Shown: one piece after another, positions 29,551-37,766 of the stretch | How the letters are laid out: every line of letters begins with the position of its first letter | Position numbering within the stretch: the first letter of the stretch is position 1 | Assembly: GCA_965228475.1 (NCBI GenBank) | Contig: OZ245817.1 | Span: 4,352,001 to 4,416,000 of the forward strand | Origin: Myxococcota bacterium | GTDB lineage: Bacteria; Myxococcota_A; UBA9160; JAFDDA01 | Length of the DNA stretch: 64,000 bases | Direction of reading: 5' to 3' | Made by a program: the position numbers and the translations under genes | The notes under the pieces: model-generated | What the model was told of the DNA's origin: nothing | Databases searched by the model: none | The model's input: the letters and a program-made list of their open reading frames with translations, nothing else

Positions 29551-29722
29551 GGGATGAGCCTACCGAAGCCGCCGCGCTGCCCAACGGATCAGGCCTTCAG
29601 CGGCGCCAAGGGCGCTGACACTCAGCGCTGCACCACCGTGGCCGACGCCAGAATCCTACCACGGCACTTTGAGCCCGAGCCCTTGGCGTCCGCTGCAAGG
29701 CCTTGTTAGGCGGCACGCCTGC

Positions 29723-29977
29723 TCACTCGTAGCCCTTGCCGGCCAGAAGGAACTGAGCGAACTGCCGCCAGAGATTCGAGGTGTCAATCCCAGTGGACGC
29801 CCCGAAATCTGAATCTTCTGCCCAGGCGTGACCGGCTTCGAGAAACTCCTCGATCGTGCCGCTCTCCCACCCCGACGCACCGGCGGCGCAGTCTCGCTCC
29901 ATGGCCTTCGCGAACGCCAAGAAAGTCCGAGCGTCCCGAACGCCAGCAACAAGGTCTTCGGGCCTGCCCGATGCCAC
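29723..29977 (-). CDS. Cassette small hypothetical protein
   Basis: WESGTIEEFLEA...W...FAQFLLAGKGYE. Confidence 0.75.
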   Translation of the reverse strand: MASGRPEDLVAGVRDARTFLAFAKAMERDCAAGASGWESGTIEEFLEAGHAWAEDSDFGASTGIDTSNLWRQFAQFLLAGKGYE

Positions 29978-30113
29978 TTCGTGCCGCCTAACGGATCAGG
30001 CCTTCAGCAGCGCCGAGGGCGCTGACTCTCAACGCCGCACTACCGAGACCGACGCCAGAATCCTACCACGCAGCAGTTGGGCAGGAGCCCTTGGCGTCTG
30101 CTGCAAGGCCTTG

Positions 30114-30413
30114 TTAGGCGGCGGGCCCCGGCGCCTCGAACTCTCGGAGAATGGCCTTCAACTTCTCTTCTCGAAGCAGCAGGGAGTAGTTGAGGGCGGC
30201 GATGCCGAGAAGAGATGCCGCTGCGGGGAGACTCGAGAAGCTCAGTACCCGAACTCCAGTGAAGCGTTCGAGCGCGAGAACGCCGAACACCAAACCAATC
30301 ATCTCGGCCGCGGAGAGTAGGAACCAAGCCATATCTTCAGGTGCGTAGTAGCGGGGCGAGCTAGGCGAGAGGAGATAGAGCCGGTAGAACAAATAGCGGT
30401 ATCCACGAAGCAC
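30114..30413 (-). CDS. Cassette membrane protein
   Basis: YRYLFYRLY plus two TM helices; stop lies in R''. Confidence 0.65.
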   Translation of the reverse strand: MLRGYRYLFYRLYLLSPSSPRYYAPEDMAWFLLSAAEMIGLVFGVLALERFTGVRVLSFSSLPAAASLLGIAALNYSLLLREEKLKAILREFEAPGPAA

Positions 30414-30501
30414 CCGTTCCCGCCGCCTAACGGATCAGGCCTTCAGCAGCGCCGAGGGCGCTGACTCTCAACGCCGCACTACCGAGACCGACGCCAGAAT
30501 C

Positions 30502-31023
30502 CTACCACGCAGCAGTTGGGCACGAGCCCTTGGCGTCTGCTGATAGGCCTTGTTGGGCGGCTGGAACAATCCGCTGGCTTACGCTGACTACAACAGGCGA
30601 GTCCTCACTGAGAGTCAGAAACACGAGGAAGCGACTGGTTAGCCACGACAGGTACCTGCGAAATCTCGTTCCGGGCGAGGGCGTCCCTGGGCCGAACTGA
30701 GAACTCAGGGCTGACTCGTACTCACCGAATGCCAGCCCAGCCTCCTCATCGCTGGCGAAGGAGAGGTTGACGCCGACTGAGATCACGGAGCCGTCTCTGC
30801 AGAAGTAGGCGATCTCGGCTTCCCGATTGCCATGAGTTCCCGAGAACATCAAGATCGAGTCGCCGATCTCTGACGGCGATGAACCCTTGAAGCGCGACCC
30901 TTCGCGCCGCTCAGCGTCGAGGATCGCAGCGCAATCTTCGCCCAAACCGACGCTGCGCAGTTGATAGCTCTCGCCGTTATCGGATACGAGCATGGCCAGG
31001 GCTACTGTGAGTTCTCGAATCAA
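30502..31023 (-). CDS. Cassette hypothetical protein reading into its own attC
   Basis: The ORF continues ~57 nt into attC 30425-30558. Confidence 0.55.
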   Translation of the reverse strand: MIRELTVALAMLVSDNGESYQLRSVGLGEDCAAILDAERREGSRFKGSSPSEIGDSILMFSGTHGNREAEIAYFCRDGSVISVGVNLSFASDEEAGLAFGEYESALSSQFGPGTPSPGTRFRRYLSWLTSRFLVFLTLSEDSPVVVSVSQRIVPAAQQGLSADAKGSCPTAAW

Positions 31024-31167
31024 GCGCTGCCCAACGGATCAGGCCTTCAGCGGCGCCAAGGGCGCTGACACTCAGCGCTGCGCCACCACGGCCGACGCCA
31101 GAATCCTACCACGACACTTTGAGCCCGAGCCCTTGGCGTCCGCTGAAAGGCCTTGTTAGGCGGCGGG

Positions 31168-31689
31168 CTATTCGACCTCTGGCGTTCGGGAAACCTCTCT
31201 TCCGCCTTCATAGGTAACGGCGGTTCGGGCCGATCCGTCCGGCTCGTAGAACCGCCACACGCCGACCCGTTTGCCGACATCATGACGGCCATCCGACTTG
31301 AGGGAACCATTGGGGTGCCAAGTGCGAAAGACGCCATGCAGCTCGTTGGAACGCCACTCGGCGAGGATCTTCTTCGTTCCGTTCGGGTACCAGTGCGTGG
31401 CCAACTGTTCGCCTGAGCCGAGGTGCCGCCTTTCGGATTCGGCGCGGCCATTCGAGTCAAAGGACACCCACGAACCAGACTCGACTCCCTTGCGGTGCCA
31501 GCCAATCGTTTGAAGGTGACCGGAGTCGTCGAAGTGCAGGAGTTGGCCCTCCAGCGAACCGTCCGGCCAAGTACAGCCAATTGTGCCGTTCGTCTCGTGT
31601 AGCGAGGTTCCGCTCGGGCAGCGAAGAACTGCCTCACTTGCACATCCTACGGCGAGGATTGAGAGAGTGACCGCGAGCGAACGAATGAT
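31168..31689 (-). CDS. MORN-variant repeat (YwqK-like) predicted lipoprotein with no canonical start codon
   Basis: HWYPNGTK, TWHPNGSLK and GVWRFYEPDG repeats; the frame is open upstream to IIRSLAVTLSILAVGC. Confidence 0.75.
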   Translation of the reverse strand: MIRSLAVTLSILAVGCASEAVLRCPSGTSLHETNGTIGCTWPDGSLEGQLLHFDDSGHLQTIGWHRKGVESGSWVSFDSNGRAESERRHLGSGEQLATHWYPNGTKKILAEWRSNELHGVFRTWHPNGSLKSDGRHDVGKRVGVWRFYEPDGSARTAVTYEGGREVSRTPEVE

Positions 31690-31847
31690 ACTTCCCGCCG
31701 CCTAACGGATCAGGCCTTCAGCAGCGCCGAGGGCGCTGACATTCAACGCTGCACTACCGAGACCGACGCCAGAATCCTACCACGCAGCATTTGGGAATGA
31801 GCCCTTGGCGTCTGCTGCAAGGCCTTGTTGGGCTGCGGGCTACAGAG

Positions 31848-32159
31848 TCAATAAGCGAGAAAGTCGGACAACTGCGATTGCCACTCCTCTAGGGGGTGAC
31901 TCGCCAACACGCAGATTGCCAAACCAGCCGCTTCGATCTCGCTGAGCGTCGCGACCTGCAGCCCGGTCGGAGCGAGATCCGATGGAGAAAGCACTTCGTT
32001 CAGCTCTCCGGCGGGGGGCACTTCACGCCACGCAACGCCGCAAGCAGGGCAGAAGACGAAAACGCGCCCCCCGACAAGGTCTCTGGCGAAGAACAACCCA
32101 CCGATGCCTACGCAGACGGGACACGAACCAGCCGAGTGAATCTTACCCTTGGGACTCAT
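31848..32159 (-). CDS. First-position cassette: small zinc-ribbon protein
   Basis: CPVC...FVFCPACGVAW motifs. Confidence 0.7.
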   Translation of the reverse strand: MSPKGKIHSAGSCPVCVGIGGLFFARDLVGGRVFVFCPACGVAWREVPPAGELNEVLSPSDLAPTGLQVATLSEIEAAGLAICVLASHPLEEWQSQLSDFLAY

Positions 32160-32169
32160 GAGATCATCG

Positions 32170-32200
32170 TGCCGCTGCCCAACTAGTTTATCGATCGGCC
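32170..32200 (-). other. attI candidate
   Basis: Minus strand gatcgataaactaG|TTGGGC (core 32177-32183) starts cassette 1 and matches its R'' GCCCAAC (31827-31833); it is not preceded by a main-family attC arm. Confidence 0.8.
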
Positions 32201-32230
32201 TCCGAGTCTCTCCCGGAATCAGCCTTGTTC

Positions 32231-32259
32231 AGTCTAAACCGAATCGCGTGGCAGGGGAA
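32231..32259 (-). promoter_or_regulatory. Candidate cassette promoter Pc
   Basis: TTCCCC-N17-TAGACT upstream of attI, with a weak -35; a second -10 TATTAT lies at 32334-32339. Confidence 0.3.
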
Positions 32260-32361
32260 AACACGCGGAGGGGTGCGGGGTTGGGATGGGGCGGCGGTTA
32301 TTTGCGGGTGATTGGGTTGAGCGGTTGGGGTTCATAATATGTGCGGGGGTGGGGTCGGGAA

Positions 32362-33336
32362 TTAGAGGTGGTCCGCGGGGCTGGGGACGGCGGCGGGGCC
32401 TCGGTTGAGGACGTGGGTGTAGATCATGGTGGTCTTGGCGTTGCGGTGGCCGAGGAGTTCCTGGACGGTGCGGATGTCGGAGCCGGTCTCGAGCAGGTGG
32501 GTCGCGAAGCTGTGGCGCAGGACGTGGCAGGTGACGCGGCGGCCGATGCCCGCCCGGCGGCCCGCCTCGGAGACGGCGCGCTGGAGGCCCGAGCTGTGGG
32601 CGTGGTGACGCTGGCGCTCACCCGTTCGGGGGTCGGCTCCAATGCCCTGGCTCGGGAAGACCCACTGCCACTCCCAGAGGGAAGCGGCCCGGGGATACTT
32701 CCGCCCGAGCGCGTGGGGGAGGCGGACCCGGCCGAACCCCTTGGCCAGGTCCTGGCGGTGTAGCTCGCGAACGCGCTCGAGGTGCGGGCCGAGCGCCGCT
32801 TCGGCGCTGCGTGGGAGGATCGCGGGGCGGTCCTTCCCGCCCTTGCCGTTGCGCAGCGTGATCTGGTGCAACCCGAAGTCGATGTCCCGCACGCGCAGGC
32901 GGAGACACTCCATGAGCCGCAGGCCCGAGCCGTAGAGCAAGGTGCCCATCAGGCCGTAGGTCGGGGAGAGGCCGTGGAGCTCCGCCAGGACGAGCCGGAT
33001 CTCCTCCCGCGCCAACACGACGGGGAGCCGCCGCTTCGGCCGCGCACGGACGCGGTCGCGAAGGCCCTCGAGTTCCCGGCGCAGCAGGACGCGGTAGGTG
33101 AAGACGAGCGCTGCGAGTGCCTGGTTCTGGGTGGAGGCCGAGACTTCGCGTTCGGTCGCGAGCCAGTTCAGGAACTCGACGACTTCGTCCGTCCCCATCT
33201 CCTCCGGGTGGCGCTTCTCGTGGTAGAGGATGAAGCGGCGCGTCCAGTGGACGTAGGTCTTCTCCGTCCGCGGGCTGTAGTGGCGGACACGGATGGCGTC
33301 GCGCAGCTGATCGAGGAAACGAGGCGGCTCGCGCAC
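32362..33336 (-). CDS. intI: Integron integrase
   Basis: [52 protein letters not shown], the IntI-specific insertion [44 protein letters not shown] and [11 protein letters not shown] 33336 preceded by GAGG. Confidence 0.98.
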   Translation of the reverse strand: MREPPRFLDQLRDAIRVRHYSPRTEKTYVHWTRRFILYHEKRHPEEMGTDEVVEFLNWLATEREVSASTQNQALAALVFTYRVLLRRELEGLRDRVRARPKRRLPVVLAREEIRLVLAELHGLSPTYGLMGTLLYGSGLRLMECLRLRVRDIDFGLHQITLRNGKGGKDRPAILPRSAEAALGPHLERVRELHRQDLAKGFGRVRLPHALGRKYPRAASLWEWQWVFPSQGIGADPRTGERQRHHAHSSGLQRAVSEAGRRAGIGRRVTCHVLRHSFATHLLETGSDIRTVQELLGHRNAKTTMIYTHVLNRGPAAVPSPADHL

Positions 33337-33370
33337 GTCTGGCCTCGGGGACCAGCGGGGAGAGGAAGCG

Positions 33371-33376
33371 ATTATA
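33371..33376 (-). promoter_or_regulatory. Candidate -10 box of the intI promoter
   Basis: Perfect TATAAT 35 nt upstream of the intI start in otherwise GC-rich DNA. Confidence 0.5.
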
Positions 33377-33416
33377 GGCAGCGTCGGCCGGCGCGGCGAA
33401 CGCGGAAGGCCCTGCC

Positions 33417-34655
33417 CTACTCCCGCCCGAGCGCGACGTCGCGGCAGATGGCCGGGGCGCGGACGGGGTTGCAGCGGGCCGGGAGGTCGCCGGGCAGGTC
33501 GACGGAGTAGTCCGTGAAGCGCGGGTCCGGGCGGAAGTAGTCCGTGCTCACCCACTGGGCGCCGCTCGCGAGGGCGGCGTCGCGCTGGGTGGTGTCGCCC
33601 GTGCGGGCCTGCTCGGTATCGCCGTCGGCGCGGGTGCGGACGACGTAGCCGGCGGAGACGAGGTCCGGGATCAGGTTCGGGTCGCTGCCCTGGGGGTTGT
33701 TGACCTTGACGAAGGCGGCGTCGGGCTCGCCGGGCGTGCTGTTCGTGAACAGGATGCGGCCTTCGAGGCTCTCGGCGCCGTCGCGGTAGAGGTCCCGGTG
33801 CGCGCCGCCGTTGTCGTGGGCGAACATGACCTTGCCGCGCAGCTTGCCGAGCGTCGGCCAGCCCTTGGTCAAGATCGCATGCTCGAGCGTCGGCGAGGTG
33901 TGGCGCACGTCGTCCGGCAGGATGATCCGGTCCTCGGGGAAGACGGAGAGGATCTCGGCGTCGAGATCCCGGTAGAGCGCCGAATCGAACTTCACCACCG
34001 TCGGCAGGATCGGCACGAAGAAGTCGCTGTCCTTCGCTTCGACGAGGATCAGGATCGGCAGGTGGTTCGGGTTCGCATCGGACCAGGCCTTCACCTGCTC
34101 GAGGCAGGCGACGAAGGTCAGGCACGTGGTGTCGAAGTCCGAGTGCTGGACGTGCAGCACCTTGAAGCCCGGCTCGTCGAGGGCCGGTTCGCCGCTCTCG
34201 ATGTCCTCGCCGATCAGCGAGAGAGCGATGCGCGTCGAGTAGAGGCCGCCTTCCGGGTCCGCGAAGACGTCGAGCTCGATCTGGCGGATGCCGTCGGCCT
34301 CGAACTGAACGGGGAGCGGGTCGTGGCTGTACTGCCAGGCGAGCGCCATGGGGTCGAAGCTCAGGAAGAGATCGAGCAGCGCCTGGCTCGGCTCGATGTG
34401 ATAGCTGTTGTGGCTCCCGATCACCTGGACGTCGTTCAGGCGCAGGCAGAGGTCGGCGATCTTGCGGTTGAAGAAGGCGACCCAGCGCCCGATGGCCTTG
34501 TTCGGAAACAGGTCTTCGACCGTTTCGTAGAGCGCCTGTTGGGCCGGGGCCATGGAGCAGAAGACGTCGTCGCTCTCGGCGCGCGCGGAGGCGGGCACGG
34601 TCAGGAGAAGAGCGGCGAGGGCCAGGACGGGAACGCGGAGCTTCAGCTTGGGCAT
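33417..34655 (-). CDS. Secreted Ca-dependent phosphoinositide-specific phospholipase C-like protein
   Basis: Signal peptide; [29 protein letters not shown] and SGAQWVSTD motifs. Confidence 0.88.
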   Translation of the reverse strand: MPKLKLRVPVLALAALLLTVPASARAESDDVFCSMAPAQQALYETVEDLFPNKAIGRWVAFFNRKIADLCLRLNDVQVIGSHNSYHIEPSQALLDLFLSFDPMALAWQYSHDPLPVQFEADGIRQIELDVFADPEGGLYSTRIALSLIGEDIESGEPALDEPGFKVLHVQHSDFDTTCLTFVACLEQVKAWSDANPNHLPILILVEAKDSDFFVPILPTVVKFDSALYRDLDAEILSVFPEDRIILPDDVRHTSPTLEHAILTKGWPTLGKLRGKVMFAHDNGGAHRDLYRDGAESLEGRILFTNSTPGEPDAAFVKVNNPQGSDPNLIPDLVSAGYVVRTRADGDTEQARTGDTTQRDAALASGAQWVSTDYFRPDPRFTDYSVDLPGDLPARCNPVRAPAICRDVALGRE

Positions 34656-34749
34656 GGCCCATCCTATAAGCAGGCCCCCCAGAAAGAAACGATTTCGTGA
34701 CGGCCGCGTGCAGCTCGCCGGCAGCTCCGAGGCAGCCGGCCCTACCCGC

Positions 34750-35292
34750 TCAGCTCGGCGGCAGGGGCGTCGCGGCCTCGCAGCGCAGGGAGATGTCCTC
34801 GCTCTCGGCGGTCGTCTTGGGGGCGAAGCGGGGCCCCTCGTCGGACTTTCGCGCGTCCTCGCCCCCGGAGACGAACCGGAAGCCGAGGGCGCTGCTCCGG
34901 AAGCGGGCCTCCCCCACCTGCACCTCGCCGCAGTCCGCCCGGCACGAGATCTGCCAGGTGAACACGTCGTCGAGGAGCCAGCGGTTCCCCTTGCCGCCGA
35001 CCTTCTTGGCGCCGGCCAGGTACTCGGGCCCGTCCTCGTAGACGTTGCGCTGCATGGCGACGTAGCGGCCGGAGGTCTCGATCGCCCCGAGCAGCACCGT
35101 CGGCAGCTCGTTGCCCGCCTCGATCAGGGCCGAGACCTTCATCACACCCGTCCGCCCGCACTGCAGGACGAAGCGGTTGCGGGGGTTCGTCGGCGAGTGG
35201 GCGACCGAGAGCACCTCGAGCGCTGCACTCGGGGAAGCGGCGACGAGGGAAGCCAGAAACCAACCGGCGGTGAGCCGTGCGATGTGATTCAT
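34750..35292 (-). CDS. Secreted hypothetical protein
   Basis: Signal peptide and GC-type codon usage. Confidence 0.7.
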   Translation of the reverse strand: MNHIARLTAGWFLASLVAASPSAALEVLSVAHSPTNPRNRFVLQCGRTGVMKVSALIEAGNELPTVLLGAIETSGRYVAMQRNVYEDGPEYLAGAKKVGGKGNRWLLDDVFTWQISCRADCGEVQVGEARFRSSALGFRFVSGGEDARKSDEGPRFAPKTTAESEDISLRCEAATPLPPS

Positions 35293-35607
35293 GGCGGAAT
35301 ACTACGGGTTCCCGGGCCGGTCACCGAACCGACGCCGTTTCGGGCCATCTGGAACGGCGGAACCGGAACGCCGGAACCACAATCCCCACGGGATCCAGGC
35401 AGCGCCGTCCTGACCAGGGGTCCGATCCGGCGCGAACCCCCGAAACAGAACGGCGGCCTCCGTTTCGACGCTGCTCGGTGTCACCCATCGCAGGGCAACG
35501 AAAAATCGAGAGATCCAAAGGTTTCCTCGAAAGCCGATTCTCCCGACGAGAAAGCGCCACCACAAGAGTAGAATGATGGCGCAGTCCGTCTCGCGGGGGG
35601 GGGAGCG

Positions 35608-37725
35608 GTGGCTGAGCCGTCGTCGTTGTTGCTGCTCGCACTCGCGAGCGTCGTCAGTACCTTGCTCGGAGCGCTCCTCTTCCGCGCCTCGCGCATGGAA
35701 TCCATGTGGGCTTTCGCGATGGGTTCGCTGCTCGGGGGCGAAGCCATGCAAGCGGCCGGCTTCCCCGCAGCCGCACTCTTCTTCTGCGCGCTGTCTCCCG
35801 CATTCCTCGTCGCGGGCGGGCTCTTGTTCGCGGGGCGCCGCCTGACGCTGGCCTTCCTCCCGCTCGCCCTCGGCTACGGCGCGCTCCACGGCTGGCTCGG
35901 GCTCGCGGGCCAGGCGGGCCTGGCCAAAGGGCTCGGACTCCTCGTCGAACCGACGGCCCTGGGTGCGACCGCCCTCCTGTGCCTGCGCGAAGAAAAGAAG
36001 CCGGCCGCTGCCGCCCTGATCACCGCGCTCGGCATGGCTTCCTTCGCGGCGACCGAAGGCATCGGCCACGTCTCGGCGCTGCTCATCCCGACGCAGCCGA
36101 CGGGGCTTCCGCGGCTCGCCCTCGGTTTCCTCGCCGCCGGTCTGCTCATCGCCTCCTCGATCCTGCGCTGGCGCGATCTCGGAGAACGAGCGAGGCGACG
36201 CGTGCGCGAAACCCACGACCGCTTCGAAGCGATCGCCTCCGCCGCGCACGACATGATCCTCGAAGTGGACGAAGACCGGCGCATCGCCTGGATCAGTCCG
36301 GGGGTAAGCCGCCTCCTCGACTACCAGCCCGAGGAGCTCGTCGGCGTGGCGCTCGCCGAGAAACTCCATCCCGGCGACCTCGCCATGGTCACGGCACGCG
36401 CCGGCCCCTTCGAAGACGACTCGGTGGGGCTGCTCCCGCCGGTTCGGGTCCGCGCCAAGGACGGCACGTGGCGGCTCCTCGAGGGTTCCCTGCGCGGGCG
36501 CCCGGGCGAGGCCGGCGGCGCGCGCTTCGTCATCATCGCGCGCGACGTGACGGACCGGCTCCGCTTCGAAGAGAGCCTCCGCTCGGCGCGCAAGCACGAG
36601 AGCCTCGCCCTCCTGGCCGGGGGCGTCGCCCACGATTTCAACAACGCCCTGATGGGCGTTCTCGGCGGGGTCGACGAGCTGCGCCAACGCGTCCCGGGCG
36701 ACTCCGCACTGCGCCCGATCGTGGGGGAGATCGAGACCTCCGCGGAGCGGGCCACGCGTCTCACGGACCAGCTCGTGAGCTATGCCGGACGCGGCGCGCT
36801 GCGGCCCGAGACCCTCGACCTCACCGCACTCACCGGAGAGATGTCGAGCCTCTTGAGCCGCACCCTGCCCGAACTCATCTCCGTCGAGTTCAAACCCGGC
36901 GGCGACGCACACGTCCAGGGCGACGGCGGGCGCGTGCGGGAAGCGCTCGTCGCGCTCCTGACCCACGCCCGCGAGAGCGTCACGCCGAACGGCGGACGCA
37001 TCACGGTCACCACCGGCGTCGCCTCCCTCGAAGCCGAACGGCTCCGCGCCATGGTCCTCGGCGAAGACCGCCCGCCCGGAAGTTACGCCTTCGTCGAGGT
37101 CACCGACGACGGGGACGGCATGGACGCCGACGCCCGGGATCGTCTCTTCGACCCGTTCTTCGTCCCACGCACCCAGGGCAGCGGCCTCGGGCCGGCCACG
37201 GTCCTCGGCCTCGCGCGAAGCCACGAGGGCGCGATCGAAGTCCTCTCGAACCATGGCTACGGAACGTCCATCCGTCTGTTCCTGCCCGAGGCGAGCGGCG
37301 CGGCGCTCCTCGTGAACGAACGGAGCCCGCAGCGCATCGCGCCGGAGTGGCGCGGCTCGGGCGTCGTGCTCGTCGTCGACGACGAAGAGCCCATCCTTCG
37401 CCTCGCGCGGCGAACGCTCGAGCCGCGGGGCTTCGAGGTCTGGACCGAGGCCAACGGCCGCGACGCCGTCGAGACCTTCCGGCGCCACCGCGGAGAGATC
37501 CGAGCCGTGGTCATGGACGTGATGATGCCGGAGATGCGCGGCGACGACGCCCTCGTCTCGATGCGCCGCTACGACCCGGACGTGCCCGTCGTCCTCTCGA
37601 GCGGCTGGAACATCGACGAGTGCCTGAAGCGGGTCTCGCGCGACGAGATCGCGGCCTTCCTGCCGAAGCCCTACCGGCACGGCGACCTGCTCGCGTGCCT
37701 GCGGGACGTGCTCGAAACGGAGTAG
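35608..37725 (+). CDS. Membrane PAS / histidine kinase / receiver hybrid sensor
   Basis: LAGGVAHDFNN H-box, DDGDGMD, FDPFF, GSGLG, VLVVDDE, MDVMMP and FLPKPY motifs. Confidence 0.93.
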   Translation: MAEPSSLLLLALASVVSTLLGALLFRASRMESMWAFAMGSLLGGEAMQAAGFPAAALFFCALSPAFLVAGGLLFAGRRLTLAFLPLALGYGALHGWLGLAGQAGLAKGLGLLVEPTALGATALLCLREEKKPAAAALITALGMASFAATEGIGHVSALLIPTQPTGLPRLALGFLAAGLLIASSILRWRDLGERARRRVRETHDRFEAIASAAHDMILEVDEDRRIAWISPGVSRLLDYQPEELVGVALAEKLHPGDLAMVTARAGPFEDDSVGLLPPVRVRAKDGTWRLLEGSLRGRPGEAGGARFVIIARDVTDRLRFEESLRSARKHESLALLAGGVAHDFNNALMGVLGGVDELRQRVPGDSALRPIVGEIETSAERATRLTDQLVSYAGRGALRPETLDLTALTGEMSSLLSRTLPELISVEFKPGGDAHVQGDGGRVREALVALLTHARESVTPNGGRITVTTGVASLEAERLRAMVLGEDRPPGSYAFVEVTDDGDGMDADARDRLFDPFFVPRTQGSGLGPATVLGLARSHEGAIEVLSNHGYGTSIRLFLPEASGAALLVNERSPQRIAPEWRGSGVVLVVDDEEPILRLARRTLEPRGFEVWTEANGRDAVETFRRHRGEIRAVVMDVMMPEMRGDDALVSMRRYDPDVPVVLSSGWNIDECLKRVSRDEIAAFLPKPYRHGDLLACLRDVLETE

Positions 37726-37766
37726 CGCGCTCGCTCGCCGCGGGCGCTACTTGCCCGCCGCCGTCT

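Larger units (their letters stand above)
13084..31833 (-). repeat. Main attC family (~133-134 bp), 33 copies
   Basis: Copies read at 13084-13215 (R'' damaged), 14320-14453, 15039-15171, 15620-15752, 16158-16291, 16655-16788, 17147-17280, 17564-17697, 18027-18160, 18683-18816, 19243-19375, 19804-19937, 20347-20480, 20862-20995, 21303-21436, 21722-21855, 22172-22305, 22664-22797, 23165-23298, 23686-23818, 24205-24338, 25525-25658, 26319-26452, 26833-26965, 27361-27493, 27827-27960, 28316-28449, 28936-29069, 29579-29711, 29986-30119, 30425-30558, 31029-31161 and 31700-31833. Minus consensus GCCYAACAAGGCCTTGCAGCRGACGCCAAGGGC...TGGTAGGAT...GCCCTYGGCGCYGCTGAAGGCCTGATCCGTTRGGC. Confidence 0.97.
10462..33336 (-). 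mobile_element. Chromosomal integron: intI, attI and a cassette array of about 35 intact attC sites (relics extend to ~7390)
   Basis: Integron integrase next to regularly spaced RYYYAAC...GTTRRRY imperfect palindromes, each separating one cassette. Each cassette's entry core is complementary to its own R'' (e.g. GTTAGGT at 20862-20868 with ACCTAAC at 20474-20480). Confidence 0.97.

Noticed and set aside
14363..31643. Recurrent short ORFs containing PNKALQQTPRA, TDQAFSSAEG or NGSGLQQRRGR
   Set aside because: They are translations of the attC repeat, not a protein family.
13084..31833. CRISPR array interpretation of the regular repeat
   Set aside because: The repeats are ~134 bp with attC core boxes, the spacers are gene-sized, there are no cas genes, and an integron integrase is adjacent.
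32177..32233. attI region as a short 57-bp attC (ACTGAAC...GTTGGGC with a small hairpin)
   Set aside because: The arms pair poorly and R'' is non-consensus; its position beside intI fits attI better.
33337..33416. LexA (SOS) box upstream of intI
   Set aside because: No CTGT-N8-ACAG is visible; a lineage-specific box cannot be excluded.
32362..34662. 766-aa ORF as a long integrase fusion
   Set aside because: The N-terminal ~440 aa is an Arg/Pro-rich shadow frame of the PI-PLC gene; IntI similarity starts at GTG 33336, which has its own RBS and -10.
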